Source of the DNA: Trichoplax sp. H2
Lineage: Eukaryota
Assembly: GCA_003344405.1 (NCBI GenBank)
Contig: NOWV01000200.1
Location: 62,001-126,000 of the forward strand
Length of the DNA: 64,000 nt
Reading direction: 5' to 3'
A program made the translations under genes and the position numbers. Positions 26,690 through 41,000 of the stretch are shown one piece after another; positions within the stretch are counted from its first letter, which is position 1; every line of letters starts with the position of its first letter. Below the pieces are notes generated by a model. The model worked only from the letters and a program-made list of their open reading frames with translations. It ran no database searches and was not told the origin of the DNA.

Positions 26690-29600
26690 TTATATATGGA
26701 TAATGTATTCTGGATAAGCAGAGTTATCATTAGAAATTACAAATACAGAAGGATTAGTAACGTCATTAACAACAGAATGAATTCGATCTCCTTTGCTTCC
26801 AGGAATGCTAGATAAGTTTGGTTGGTTGCTACTAGCTGCAGCACCATATATTCCTGTTAGAACACGTGCTAAGATAAGACTGCTACCATATTGTAATGAC
26901 ATTCTCGCATCTGTAGCAAAATATGTGCCAGTACCAAGTGCTGAACCTGCAAAATAAATAAAATAAGAGAGTTGTACCAAGAAATAAATTTGATAATTGT
27001 AATGCTAACGATGAATTCTCTTACCCTACTCTTACTTGTAATATTATTTTATAATTACAAATTATACTTTAACTTGACTATAGTGTGTCATTATATATGT
27101 TATATATTCAAAAATAAATCTTCGTATTTAAACAGATTTCATATAAATATACTAATGATGGATTGTTTTACTCCACTCTAAGTTCTAATATAGTATTATA
27201 GTTACAGATTGTGCTTAATTTAGCAATAATATGCAACTCGGCACACTTTTATGCATGCTTTAACTAACCTGCAGATTTTCCAGAGAAATCCCGATCGAAA
27301 CCATTTTTACCTATACTTGGTAAGTTTATTCCTTTAGTGCCATGAAATAAGCGTCTTTCAACCTGAGCTTCTGGCTTATACTTCTTAACTGCTCTAGCTA
27401 CATCAGCTTTCATTAAATGGTATCGCCTATATAAATTCCAATTTTGAATTCGTTGCAACTTCCTAATGGTAACCCCATTTAATCCTTGAATATTAGCTAT
27501 TTCAGCTATTTCTTGTTGATTCTTGACATTCAATATACGAAAATGTCCATTTCTAATTTGATCCTGCTTTTCATATTCCCAATTCTTAGGTATGGCGATA
27601 TCTTTTGTAAGATTATCAAACAAAATAATTTGTTTTCAATTCAGCTACTTATCAGGAATGAAATTACTGCTAGTCTATAAAGAAACAGTTTTATTTTATA
27701 GCATAAATTTCTAATTTCTGTAAAATATCAGATTCACAGTTTTCTACACAGATTTTTAGTTATGACTGACCCGGATTACTATTTTGGACCGTAAGGGATA
27801 GCTTATTAAAATTAATGCTATTTTGTAGTAGTAATACATATAATTTACCCGATGAAAATCTTTGAAAGGGCCTTGCAATTCCGTCAGAGAGCCAGTTCTT
27901 AAAGCTTTGGTAATGCATGGCTCTATCTTCCCGCAATCTTTGAACTTCATAGCGAGTTTTCTCCTCAACAAGGATTTTACTTAACTCGTGTATACTTGAA
28001 AGAGAGTCGAAAATGTCATCTTCCAATCCATGTATATCTACAATTGTACCTTGATTTTGACGTGTTAAAATAATATTATACTCATCCCAAAACTGTAATG
28101 CAATTTTATACCAATAATTTTGGTCAATAGTGGCGAAATAAGCTTCATTATTCATCCTCTGAGATGTCCAAAGACTTGCAGATTCTTCAATTCTCGACCT
28201 AGCTTTAGCAATTGTACTTTCATCTCGAGCGACGAAAACTAATTTTATACCCAATTTTTTCGTGGGTACATTTTTAATCAATTGCCATCCAAAGTGCAAT
28301 AAGTCAGCGTTTATAACAAAGTTCTGCTCCATCCAAGTTGCAATTTCCAAAGCTCGGTCTTTGTAACCAATAACGAAATCAATCGAACTTATCTTAATTG
28401 AATCGTTAAGAGCATGAAGCATGAATACTTCTATGGCTTTTATTAAGTCGTAGACATGGCCAAAATTTAATTCAACACTTAATAACGGAATAGCTACAGA
28501 TTTATCTTCGTAGGCATTAATATAAGCTAAAACCGTGCTAAGCCCAGCGAAGCAACCAAAAGGACAAATCTGGTACACATTATGACCCGATTCCTTGCTT
28601 GAGAGAAGTTGCAGAGTTTTCATACTATGTTCATCATCTTTACTTTGCATAATATCAGATGTTATAGTGCTATGATCGGAGCATAAGGCTGTCGTATCTA
28701 AGATAGCAGCGGTGGTTGCATCGCAAGTAGTACCATGATAAACATTAATGTAAAAGGGTGTTTCAGTAGTTTCGTACATAGCTGAAAACAGGTGGCTATA
28801 ATTTTTACAATTTGCATTCTTATCATTTGTTGATTTGTTCACAGATGCAGTTAATTGGCTTGAATTCTTCACCTGATTTATTGAGGTTATGCTAGCTTTC
28901 AAGGCTTGACTAAAAGCTGTATAGCTTTCAATGTCAGTAGGATGAATAATAAAATTGATTTCTTTTAAGCTTCCAACTTGTTTTTGAGCAAATTCAAAGG
29001 ATTTCTTTAACATCTCTGCCGCAATGTCATTAATATTTAATTCGGCTTGACTAGCTCCAATAATTGGTATTGATATCGAATTCATATATTCTGTATTAGC
29101 TTTAATTAGGCAATCGCTAATACGATCACTAAGCCACTAAATAAGAGCAATTAGAAACATGTGATTGAGCGATAGCTTCAGCTTGCATTGTCGAATAATA
29201 TAACATTTATTTACTTGTTACTACCTGATGCTAGTTATAATTTGCAGCAACAACTTACAAATAAAAAAACAACATCAATGTTTTTCGGTACTAACCTTCA
29301 AGGACCTATCAGAAGATAAGAATGGAATATGATACACCTTCTTGCAACCAAAGTAGACTCCATTTGTACAACCAATAGTGTCGCTTTGTAAAGTTTGTAA
29401 CTTCAAAATACATTCAGATAAATAAGGGGTTCCACCGACCTGGATTAATGCAACTGCAATTCTACCGTAGGCGTAATTCCCGTGCAGCACAGAGTTAACG
29501 ATAACATCCGCCTATAATTAATGAATGAATGAAGAATAAAATTTAGCATTTCAGTTTCCTAATCAATTCATAATTTGGTCATTATCAGCAGTAGCGACTA

Positions 29601-32600
29601 AAGTATTAGTATAGGACAAGAGTAGACAGATATCTTACAGCTGCTCCTTCTCGTTCAATAGTGCCTTTCACCAATTTAATAGTAATGCTCTTGATTTCAA
29701 CTTCATTATCGTTATTATACGAAAATGGCGTAGGCTTAACAAGATTGGTCACAGTCTTTACAGGTGTTTCGTTTATGGTCTGTGGCTGAAGTGATCTATA
29801 AATATCCATGGCTGATCTACGCATCTTTATCTGATTAAGTTTAGTATTGCTAACGCCCATGGGAATAAGAAGGTAGAAAAGAAAATTAGAGATTCTGCTG
29901 ATAGTCTAGAAATTTTGGCCAAGTAATCAATTTTCATAGCAAAAATTATACTGTCATCTTTTATAGCACTTGCATTCTGCGTTATGTGCATACCTCTAAT
30001 TGTTATTATAAGTATCATTATTAGTTATTTGTAATTAATCATTTACTATTGTACTGTATTATAGTGTTCAAATGTTACTTATTACGTTGCATGTATCATA
30101 CCTTGTTTTTCTGGTTATTTTTAAATCGTGAACTTATGTAATTTCTGTACTACACTACATGTTATCCTCTTTTAAATAATATTGTCTCAATCTCCTTTAA
30201 CATATAGTTATTGACGTATATGAAAATTATAGAAAGAACTATACGCAACTCTATACAGTAGCTTTAGTTTTAAACCAGATCTACACCTGTATTCCGGTTG
30301 TACACCTAAATCGATCTATTTGGTAAATTTATCAATTCGAAATTGTTACTGTATCGCTGCATAGTATTGGCTCTTGCTACTGTCTCAAAATTAGCACTAA
30401 CTTGCAGAATAGGACCTACTGTTCACCGAAAGTACAATTTCACACCAATAGTATGAATGAGATAGTATCATGTAACCGAAACTTTAGTTATAGAAAAGTA
30501 TCGATGAATTTAACATCTCTGCTGCTTTATAACGCTAATCAATGTTAGCAGATATATAGCATCACACATCAGAATATATGAAACAACAACTTCGTTATGA
30601 AATGATGCTAAGAATAGATTCTAACCTTAATTTTCCATCATTATCTGCCACGATAATAAAGCACTGAAGTTCCTTTTGTATTTTGTCCAATTTTGTTTTA
30701 TTTATTTCCGAAATGATAAATCTTCCAACTCTAGAATACTTACTTATCGATTCTTCTCTCTTTACAGCAATACTCTGCATAATATCTTGAATCATCTGTG
30801 AAACAACCGTTTTATACGCTTGGCAACATTTAACAGTAATATTTTTGGTAGTTCCTAAAAGGAATGTGTCACTTTCCAGCTTTTCCTCGACGTTTATTTT
30901 GCAGCTAAACTCGTTTTCCAATTCTTGAATAATATCTTTCATGTGCACTCGAAGGTATTCCGTCATAAGAATTGGATATTTGGGTAAAACAAATTTCTCG
31001 ATTTTATAATCTTCTCCTAGTTTATGAATATCATCTACGATATCATCCACGATGCTACTTGGACCTGTAACCGTTATTGCGTGTCCATTAGTTTGTACTA
31101 TTTATTTCGAACAAGACTTGGCTACATATGGCAATGCCACCTCGAATTTTTGATAGAAATTCGATTTCATTATGTGGTATGAGGAGATTTTCACCGATAA
31201 TGGTTGTTGACTTAGTACAAAAAATGTTTTTCAAAATTGCAATCACTTGATCATGTAGTTCTGTGGTCCTTGCTAAAATGGAAAGAGAATCTCTTTTGCA
31301 GAAGATTCCAGCTTCCAATCCGTAATCTCGTAATTTTTTATTCGTAAGAGTTCTCATTTCAGCCTGTTGAGTTAGAAAACTACCTATTTTAACCGGTAAT
31401 TTGTCCGTACTTTCTACAATAACCATGTACGCAAGCAACTTTTTCATTACATAACTTTGTGAGCCATCAATCATATGTGCAATGACCCGGTATCCATGAT
31501 CATCATTTGTAAACGTAAAAGAAACGTTATAGCCTTCATTTTTAATTTTCTGTTCTAGATTAGCTTGTTGAATAAGGAAACAAACATTCGCAGGTAAATC
31601 ATATTCTTGCTGAACTGTAGCATTAAAAAAGATACCCGCACATTAGAAGGTTGAATAGTGAGTTATACTTACAATATACTCGTATAAATTCAATTCTATT
31701 TATTATTCATCAAGATCATTTACATGATTGCAAAATAATTAAAATTACGCTTATATAAATAATAGCACATATTTTCTTTTGAGCAACAAACGTATTTTAG
31801 CTATTCCTACCTATTTTTTTTCCAGCATTTCCTTGACTAGCTCTACTAGGGTTGTCCATTTCTGTACTATTTTCTACCGTTTTTTCGATTTTATAGCTAG
31901 CATCGATGTTTCCATTACCTTGATTTTTATTTATTAAATGAGTTTGCTTATCTTGTCCAGCGCAAGTCGTGCTTTCTAGTTGATTGACAGAGGAATCTTT
32001 TCTTTGTCCACTTACTAGCACAGCTTGCTGGGGCAACAATCTGCTACTGCCACTATCCTGATCTTGAATAAGATTTTGAAGTCGATCAACCTCATCCTTC
32101 AAGAGCTTTGAGTAATCAGAATCATCAAATTTCAGAACAATCCGATGATTAGAACAGATTTCAAAGTTATCCAAGCACAAAAAAGCGATAATAGCATCAG
32201 ATTGTTCAAGATAGGTTACGCGCCTAATAGAAAAGTAGAAACACTAAGTATGTATAGCATAATATATCTTGCTTGAAATAATATATGTTTATTTCATCAT
32301 AATTATAAACATGCCATTGCTCAAAAATGATATATTATGGTATATAGAAATTATCGTGAACTAGAGACTAAATGATTTATAAGCAATTCAATTAAAGATG
32401 CAAATCTAGAAATCAAATGATTAATAAGGTCAAAAAATTAAGACATCAAGGTTTCATCAGACTAACTATAAGAAATCCCAAAGTACTTAAAAGCATACTA
32501 ATTAACTTGTCTTAATACTTTATAATGACTACGGTAAGATGCTATCTCCAACTAAAATCATAATTAGTTTATTTCCAAACAATAGAAATTATTTTGGTAG

Positions 32601-33623
32601 TTATAAGAGCGACTTATAAATACGTATATTACTAGTCCATTTAAATAGACTCATTTATTACGCTTTCTTGGATTCCATCATCTCCATGCAAGTAACTAAG
32701 CCACTTTGATTGACCAAGTGGAAGAGCTCAATCTGCGGATGAGTTGGATAGAGATCAAGACGATATCAACAAAAAAAATATTTCAAATTTTGTAATACTT
32801 TATTAACTAATAATATGATTTGAGATAGATCACTACGATGGACTTTATCAACCTTATGCAATGGTGCAGGAAGATCAGATATTATGATAGCAGTTTTAAT
32901 GGGTTTCAATGAAATACTGTTTATATTCTTCATAGCTTGTATCTTTCTAAATAGTAAATCAGTAAAATTACAACTTTAGTGGTAAATTTCCTATAAAGAA
33001 GACGTTTAACATGATATAAATCAGGAAATTGCCCTAACCTAACTTCGACTATGGCGTTGTAAAAGCAGGGGCAACCACCTTTATATGATGAAGATAAAAG
33101 GTTTAGCTGGCTATTATTTAATTTTTGCAACCTTTGTTTTTCTATTTCTTCAGGCCAAAATAATCTTAATCCTAGGCCATTATTTCCAGGTCCTAAACTT
33201 TTAAAAGCAGCCATCAAGTTAACAGCGGCCGCTTGCGTTGGTATACTCAATTCCCTAAATGTCGATTACGAACAAATGAATAGTCAATAACTCATGTTAC
33301 CGGTTAATATAGAAATCCCTTACATCATTAAACAGATACAGCTATAATATTTGATATTATAGGATTTAAAATGGTTTTGGATTTAGTTAGATTTTAATAT
33401 TGAGGAATTGAAACTACGTCTTCATATGTACGCAATATTTCTTTGTATAAGCTACGAGATAGATATAGCTTAAATGCTTTGGATGTCATTTTTTAGCAAT
33501 GTCGTAGCGAATTTCCATTTTTCTTACGTACGCAAAATTCCAGTTGCTCATTCTGCTACATGTATATCTGGTCAGGCTAACGGAAGCATTACTATTTACT
33601 TCACGAACTTTCTTTAGAAACGC
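26690..33623 (-). CDS. Paralog C: RRM-RRM-KH-like-macro-macro-ART PARP14-like gene; internal frameshift (~31090) and no WWE domain; possible pseudogene or assembly error (5' end not located)
   Basis: Exons 33623-33532, 33254-33039, 32946-32853, 32732-32662, 32223-31811, 31614-30626 (frameshift near 31091), 29849-29639, 29511-29296, 29136-27849, 27601-27269, 26946-26690. ART RRLFHGT...GTGTYFA...PSVFVISNDNSAYPEY. Confidence 0.82.
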
Positions 33624-36600
33624 CTAAGAAACATAATGAGCAGTGCTTATTAACGAAAATCAGAAAATTATTATCAGCACTTACTATATTATAGGCCTAA
33701 CTAGAACTTTTAAAATACACCATACAGAATATGTAATTGTAAAGTAACTATGTATTGTAAGTGTAGGCTATTAGTCATGTTTAATACGATGTGCGGTAGT
33801 ATCGTTTCTATATTTATCTTGCGACATATTTAGTAGCCCATACTAACAGATTTTAATTGTTGACTCTATGCTAGAGTATGCAGCTGCGAAGGCTGCGGAG
33901 AGTATAAAAGCAAGCGGCATTAGATTATCTGGTTGTTCGTTCTAAAAGTCTTTCAGTAGTTGCATTCAATCAGTTCAATATATTCTGCTATGTATTAAAG
34001 CATAATATAATACCTCTCTGACATGGTCTTCTATTCCATAGGCGTACAAAACATACGAATTTGGACTAAGGTATACAAAAATCATACATTTGCTTAAAGA
34101 TGTAAAATTGTTTAATCTACTTTACAATTCAATTGTAAAGTCTTGAAAAGATAGCGTGCAAAAAAGTTTATTTTAAAATATAATTTTGTCTTCTACAGAT
34201 TTACTGTGGTAGTGACAATTTCTTTATATCTGTAAGCATTACTAACTATAGCTAGTTGTAACTTGTAGTAATCACGCCGACGGAGTTGATACGCTATTTT
34301 CTCTTCTATTAGCTATAACACTGGATATTAATTATATTAATACAAATAAACCTTATCAGGAAGGTGATTGTAATATGAGGATAAAATGACGTATAGGTGA
34401 AAGAAAACTGCTTAGAAATTTATCTTAAAAATAAAATCATTCAGCTATTACGTTTCTGATTCATAAATATATAAATAATTGAAAACCTAAGCTATCAAAC
34501 TATTTGATGCATGAAAATGGATAAAATTTGTAAAATATTAATAACTAAATTTAAGACCTGCAATGCAATAAGTCGTTAAGTAGCCTAATTTGGTCCGATA
34601 TTTGCAATCAAGTAGGTACTATAGTAACCTTACCTGGACGAAGACATATTTCGTAGTAAACAGTGGAGCTAAAATTTAAAAATGTAATTCCTAAAAATTT
34701 CAATTTAAGTTTTACAAATTATACATGCTAGTGAAAAGCACCATTAAGTTTGACAAATCGAACTTCTAGAGTTAATAAACTCTGTCAATGATCAATCTCT
34801 GAAAAATGTTCGCTTACCGAAGTAACAATAATTACTGTATATTGTAGAACTATTACTAACAATTTCGGAGTAAAATCTTGTTTAAGTCTAACAGATAGAA
34901 AGAAACATACATTCGAAACGTGATGCAACAAATACAACTGGTACACTTTTAACTTTCCGTAATAATCCAAAACTGTGCATAGTTAAAACAACAAAAACTG
35001 GATTTATTGACTTACACCGATGAGAGAAGAAAGAAATTTACCGACCACGCCTTACCTTTTTGGAATCAGAATTATGCTATTAACTTCAACAATTAATTAA
35101 TTCTTTAATTATAAGCATTCTAGTACTTAGAAAACGACGAATAATGGTCACTTTTTTATTGTGAAAAATTAAAAGTTTCACTGGCGTTTATTGTGCCGAT
35201 TTTAGTTACTTATTAATCATTTCTTACTTCTACCGCGCCCTATTTGATCGCAATTTACCTCTAGATATGTGTAGATTATTGTTTTTACTAGTGAATAATT
35301 TTTATTAATAAGACAAAGTAATTTGTTAATATCTATTAAGTACATATGTTCATAGCCATTGGTAATAACTTGAGTCCAATCTATGTTAAGTTAGCTACTG
35401 CTTCGATGCTAGTTATTGATCGGAGTATTAAAGTTGGGGTGCTTATTGCAGTGCTACACCAAGTGCCTGAGAACATCAAAATTAAAAAAAAAATGTCGCT
35501 ATTCAAAATTTAATTAACGATGGCTACTAGCATTTTAATGAGACACTGACTGCACGAATTAAAATTCGATTCTACAGAACAACGTAATGTGCAGTAAAAT
35601 AATAAGTGTTGAGCAATATAGACTACAGAGAAAGTATTATTGTTGCGCCGTGCTAGTAAAATTTGAATAAAATTTTTGCGAATAATGAATAAGTGATGTA
35701 GAGAAACTACCATGTTGAAATATTAGCCAATAGGATTGTGCCATGCAATTGGACAAACTGTGCTTTTATCATATTCGCTGACGTTGCAGAAAATTGGATA
35801 GAACGCAGACTCGAAAGCTGCCTATCTAGCTACCAAGCTTCGTAATCAACCATCATTTAAAATCAGATATGACATTGACTTGTATTTGAACCAGTAATCA
35901 TTTATAATCCACATATAATCAATAATAGTAAGCTAACATGATACATTAGCTCGTTGTGATGCATATCAAAATTTTTACTCGTCTACATGGGTTCGCGTAT
36001 GTACATCAGTTGTGCAAAATCAACATGAACTGTCTACAAAACATACAATAGAACTGCAAGTGATTTGCTAAGTAATAACTAAGAAAATGAATTTCAACCG
36101 TTAAAGAATTTTTAACACCAATAATTATTTAATTAATTATAGTGAATTCATGCAAAGGCATACTGTATACGTGGTGTGTAGTAGATAAGCATGTATCAAT
36201 GGTTATCATTTGATACTATGCCATATGCACAAAATAAGAATAACGGTGAAACAGTCGACTATTATGTTCTCGAAAGCAATCACATTTACATGGTTACAAA
36301 ATATACATTTTTGGACTTTTAAGAAGATTAAGATTCTATTCTATAATTTCTTCCACCTATGCCTATTGTGTAGGATGGAGAACCGAGGATTTCTGATTCA
36401 TGTATAGTATAATATAAAAAATGATGTTGTAGTGCAGCTCCAAATAAGTACGAAACTAAGATTATGGCATTGCACGAAAATTAATAAATTGTACGCTAGA
36501 TTGTAAGATTACATAAGTGTGTGATTTAGGAAGATGTTTACGGTACGTATTACAGTACTCTATTTTTTAATTAATTCCCAATTAAAATCATGCCAAGGAC

Positions 36601-38036
36601 GGAATTAGCTCTTTTGGTAAACTGTAAAGTGTAAATCAATTGCCAAGATTGGCAGAAGCAAACAATCAGAAAAATGAATTTCAGCAGTAAAGCTTCATTC
36701 TTGATATTGTCGTAACATCACCTGTCCTGTAAACTACTGCTTGTTACCTTGTAGTGTACCCACCATAGAATGTGGGGAATCCTAGATATCGTACAATACT
36801 ATTTACGGCTTATTTACATCTTATTTACTGTATTAGATTAAGATCACATGCTACAAATATTCACGTGCATTAGGATATGGTATTAAAGTTATGTTCGTAC
36901 TAGAGCTGATCTGTTGTCGCGGTTCTTACGTCTCGTTAACGTGTGTATGATATCGCGCTTGGCATGTGCTCCCAATAAAGGAGACTAAAGGAAAGCTCAA
37001 AGTCTCAGATTCTTGATCTCGTTACAGATATCAATGATTAAATATTTAATTGCTATAGATTCATGCAATATGCTCGAAATCCGAATGATAGTGAAACAAT
37101 CACCAATAAAATTCTTTAATGTAATTACTTTTGGACTTGTAAGAGGTTCAAGGTTCTACTTATTCGCTATATTTTGATTTTCTATAATTAAAATTACGCA
37201 AGAATAGAATAAGCTTCTCGTTCATACTTTCATTAAATGGTAAGAAATGCTATAAGATCAAGCCAAAAATCTTTTGTATATTTTATAACACTTTCAATTT
37301 TAGTTAAGAAATAAACAAATTTTGTAAATTGTTAAATCAAGAAATCCTTTCCAGAAGAACATAAAATTCGACAAGTTTCCATTAATTGACGTATAATCGT
37401 GAAAGATGAATGCAGTACCAGAATTTAGAAACGAGTAACTATCGTAACAGCTTGATGTTAATTTTTTCGCTTTAAAAATATCATATAATGTATAATACGT
37501 TAGAGCTTATATCATTTTTTTTAGGTTTCGGTAGGCCAATGGTCACTTTTTCGAGCTATATATCAATCTCCATTCACTTCAATTCAGCAATTTTATTTAT
37601 AGATTGAATAGCATCAAAATAATTTTATAATTTATATACGCATACATAGCACATCTACGACATGACTGTTAGTGTATTTGAGTAATAAGTCAAGGAAATC
37701 CAATATTTAAATGGTAAAATTACTTGCAAATTAAATTCATTACTCTGAAATCTAATGTTGTTAAACAATAATGCTAATACATCAAACGCAATCAAGCGAT
37801 TTGCGTCTATCATGCATTCCTTTATAAACTTGCTTTCTATTACTACCGAAAAGTAATTATATGGTACTTGACATCCAAACTTCTGATATTTACCCAACCA
37901 TAACCAAAATTACTCCTTCGTTGTCTTATTAGATATTTACGCGAGCACATTAAGAGCAAACTGGTTTTTTTGTATATGCTAGTTTAACATCTGATATGCG
38001 GATATTTAATACGGATACACCATCATACGATCAAAC

Positions 38037-41000
38037 TTATTCGACTCTACCTTCAATAATATACTCGGGATACGCAGAATTATCATTAAAGACAATAAAC
38101 ATACTAGGCTTATTCTTGTGATCTACAGCTGAATGGACGCGTTCCCCTGAACTCCCAGGGATTATTGACAAAGTAGGTTTATTTCGATCTACTGAATCAT
38201 CATAGATCCCTGTTAAAACCCGAACCAGTAGCAATCTATGATTTCCTAAACCACCGCCATAACTCAATGATAATTGAGCTTGTACTGCAAAATATGTTCC
38301 GGTACCATATACTGAGCCTATACAATTCAATAAAAAAAGCATATATAGTTGTATACCATTAATTTCTAAGTAGCTAAGAAGTACTACCGTGTAATATCCA
38401 CTTTACGCCTATTTACCACACTAGTTATGATTATCTTCTTGTGCGTTTATAGCAGTAGTTATCATTTAACTAACCAATTGATTTTCCTGAGTAATCCCTA
38501 TTGAAACCACCTTGACATATCTTATCCACGTATTCTGTTTTAGTACAGTGAAATAAATATCTTTCAGCTTGAGTTTCAGGCTTGTATTTTTGTATTGCTT
38601 TGGTCACATCAGCCTTCATGGCTTGATATTTTTGGTACAAATTCCAATTTTGAACCCTTCTTAATCTACTAACGCAATATTTGGGAGCACTTGCCTTTAT
38701 CATAGCAGCGACTTTATTTATTTCCTGTCTGTCTGTGACATAAACTGTGCTAAAATACCCATCTTCGATTTGATTTTCCGACACATTTTCCCAATTATTG
38801 GGTATAGGAATTGCAATACCTAATTTTACAGTTATGGTAGACAGTTAAAGTATACTTTGTTAAATAATAAGTTTGAAAATGAAAATGCAAAGATTTCAAG
38901 GACTAATATTAGGTCTCGAACTGATGAAAAAAATATTCTGACCATTAACTCCTATCTGTATATCTGTATTCGCTGCTAAACAAAAGATACTAAAACTCGC
39001 TATAATACTTCTTAAGTGCAATTTGTTTCAAGAGTTGTGAAATACCTGCTGCAGAAAATTTTCCTATTGGAAATTCTTCATTATCATCGAGTTTAATGTG
39101 CATATTCTCAAAATCGATCACTTTAGTTTCTGAATCAACGTAAAAATTCTTTTTTGCTTTATTTTTCTCGTAAATCTTAAAATTTCTTTCGATTTCATAG
39201 TTTAAGTTGGAATCGAATTTCCATTTAGTTTGACCAATTTTTGCGTACCACTTGGAAATATCCAATCCAAATTTTTGCTCACTGTTCAATATTTCCCCTA
39301 GGAAATATTGCTTACTTAGTTTATGGATAATAGCCATAGTGTTGACTATATCTTTTTCCAATCCCTGTATGTCTACAATTTTTCTCATTTTTTGACTGCT
39401 TAGAATAGTATTAAACTCCGACCAGCATCGTAATACGAGTCGATACCAACAATTTGTATCAATGACTTGGAAATAATCTTCATTAGAAATCCTGCGATGC
39501 GACCAAGTATCCATGGATTCATTCATTTTTGATTTTAAACGCTTTAATACAGCTTTATCTGAAGCAACATAAAGTATACTCACACCCGATGCTAGAACTG
39601 GCACGCTGTTCGTAATCTTCCATCCAGACGGGAAAGCCTCTTTCTTGATTTTCTGTTGCATCCACGTTGCTATTTCTCGAGCTCGATCATCATACCCAAT
39701 AGCAAAATTAATACGCCTTATACTAATTTCAGATTCACAATGATCGACTATAAATTCCTTAATACTGTCTACTAGGCTATCAATATGGCTAGCATCCATG
39801 TTAATACTTAACAAAGGAATTGTCACGGATTTTTCATCGTTTGCATTCATACAAGCTAATACAGTCTTAACACCAACCAAACAATCGTAAATGCAAACCC
39901 GATAGAGATTACAACCTAATATATGTATGATTTGTAAAGTTTGTGATGTATGCGTTCCATCATTCGCAATTTGTATAGTTTCTGAAAGGGAATCTGAATA
40001 ACTATGCTCAGAGCATAGAGCTGTTACATCCATGACAGCGTCTGCTTTCAAATCATCAGCGTTGCATTGATAGACCTCCACAAATACTTTTCTATTATTA
40101 GCTTCATACTGAGCAGAGAATAGCGATTTACTTTCATTCTCTAATTTTATACTTCTTTGCGAACTTGTAACCTTATGGACTAGCTCTTTTTGATGCAGTA
40201 ATTGGTTTGCTAATGGGATAGCAGATGTTAGCGCTTTCTCGAAGGCATCAAGAGTTTTAACATCGGTTGGATAGATGATAAAACTGATATTTTGTAGATA
40301 TTTTGGTCTGTCAAGAGCAAATTCAACTGATATTCTTATCATTTCCTTCGCAAGCTCATCAATATTGATGCCGGCTTCACCTGTTCCAATAGCAGGTATG
40401 GCAATGGATTGCTTATGTTCATCAGCTCCTTTTACTAGACAGTTTTGGACACGATTGCTAAGCCACTAAAATATTATCATGGAGAAATACACGTATATCG
40501 ATCAGTATTGAATTAAGCGTGCATCGGTGCAGCAACTGAATATATAATTTTAATTTTATCACTATCATAATCTCATACAATAAATTCAATCTCAATTGCA
40601 TACTCCACGTACCAGTAATGATCGGTCAGAGCTCAAGAATGGAATGTGATATACTGCTTTACAACCAAAATAGAACCCACTTGTATAACCAATACTGTCC
40701 ACTGCAAGAGATCTTAGTTGAGAACGACATTCTGTAAGATAGGAACTTCCACCAGCTCTATTTAGAGCTTTAGCAATGTTACCATGGTCATAATCATTGA
40801 GGTCAATGGAATTAACGATAGTATCACACTAGCATAAACGAAAAATTGAAATGCAGTTAATTTTATCATAATACATATCATAACTCAAGTATGGTACGGT
40901 AACCAAAATGCCTATCCTTGCGTTAGAATCTTTTAACATAGATCTATTTGTGGCATTTTGATTTACCTGAGCTCCTTCTTTTTCAATTCTCCCTTTTACC

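Noticed and set aside
33324..33328. Micro-exon ATGAT as the start of C
   Set aside because: A 92-nt exon at 33623-33532, homologous to those of A and D, has the right phase, so the gene starts further upstream.
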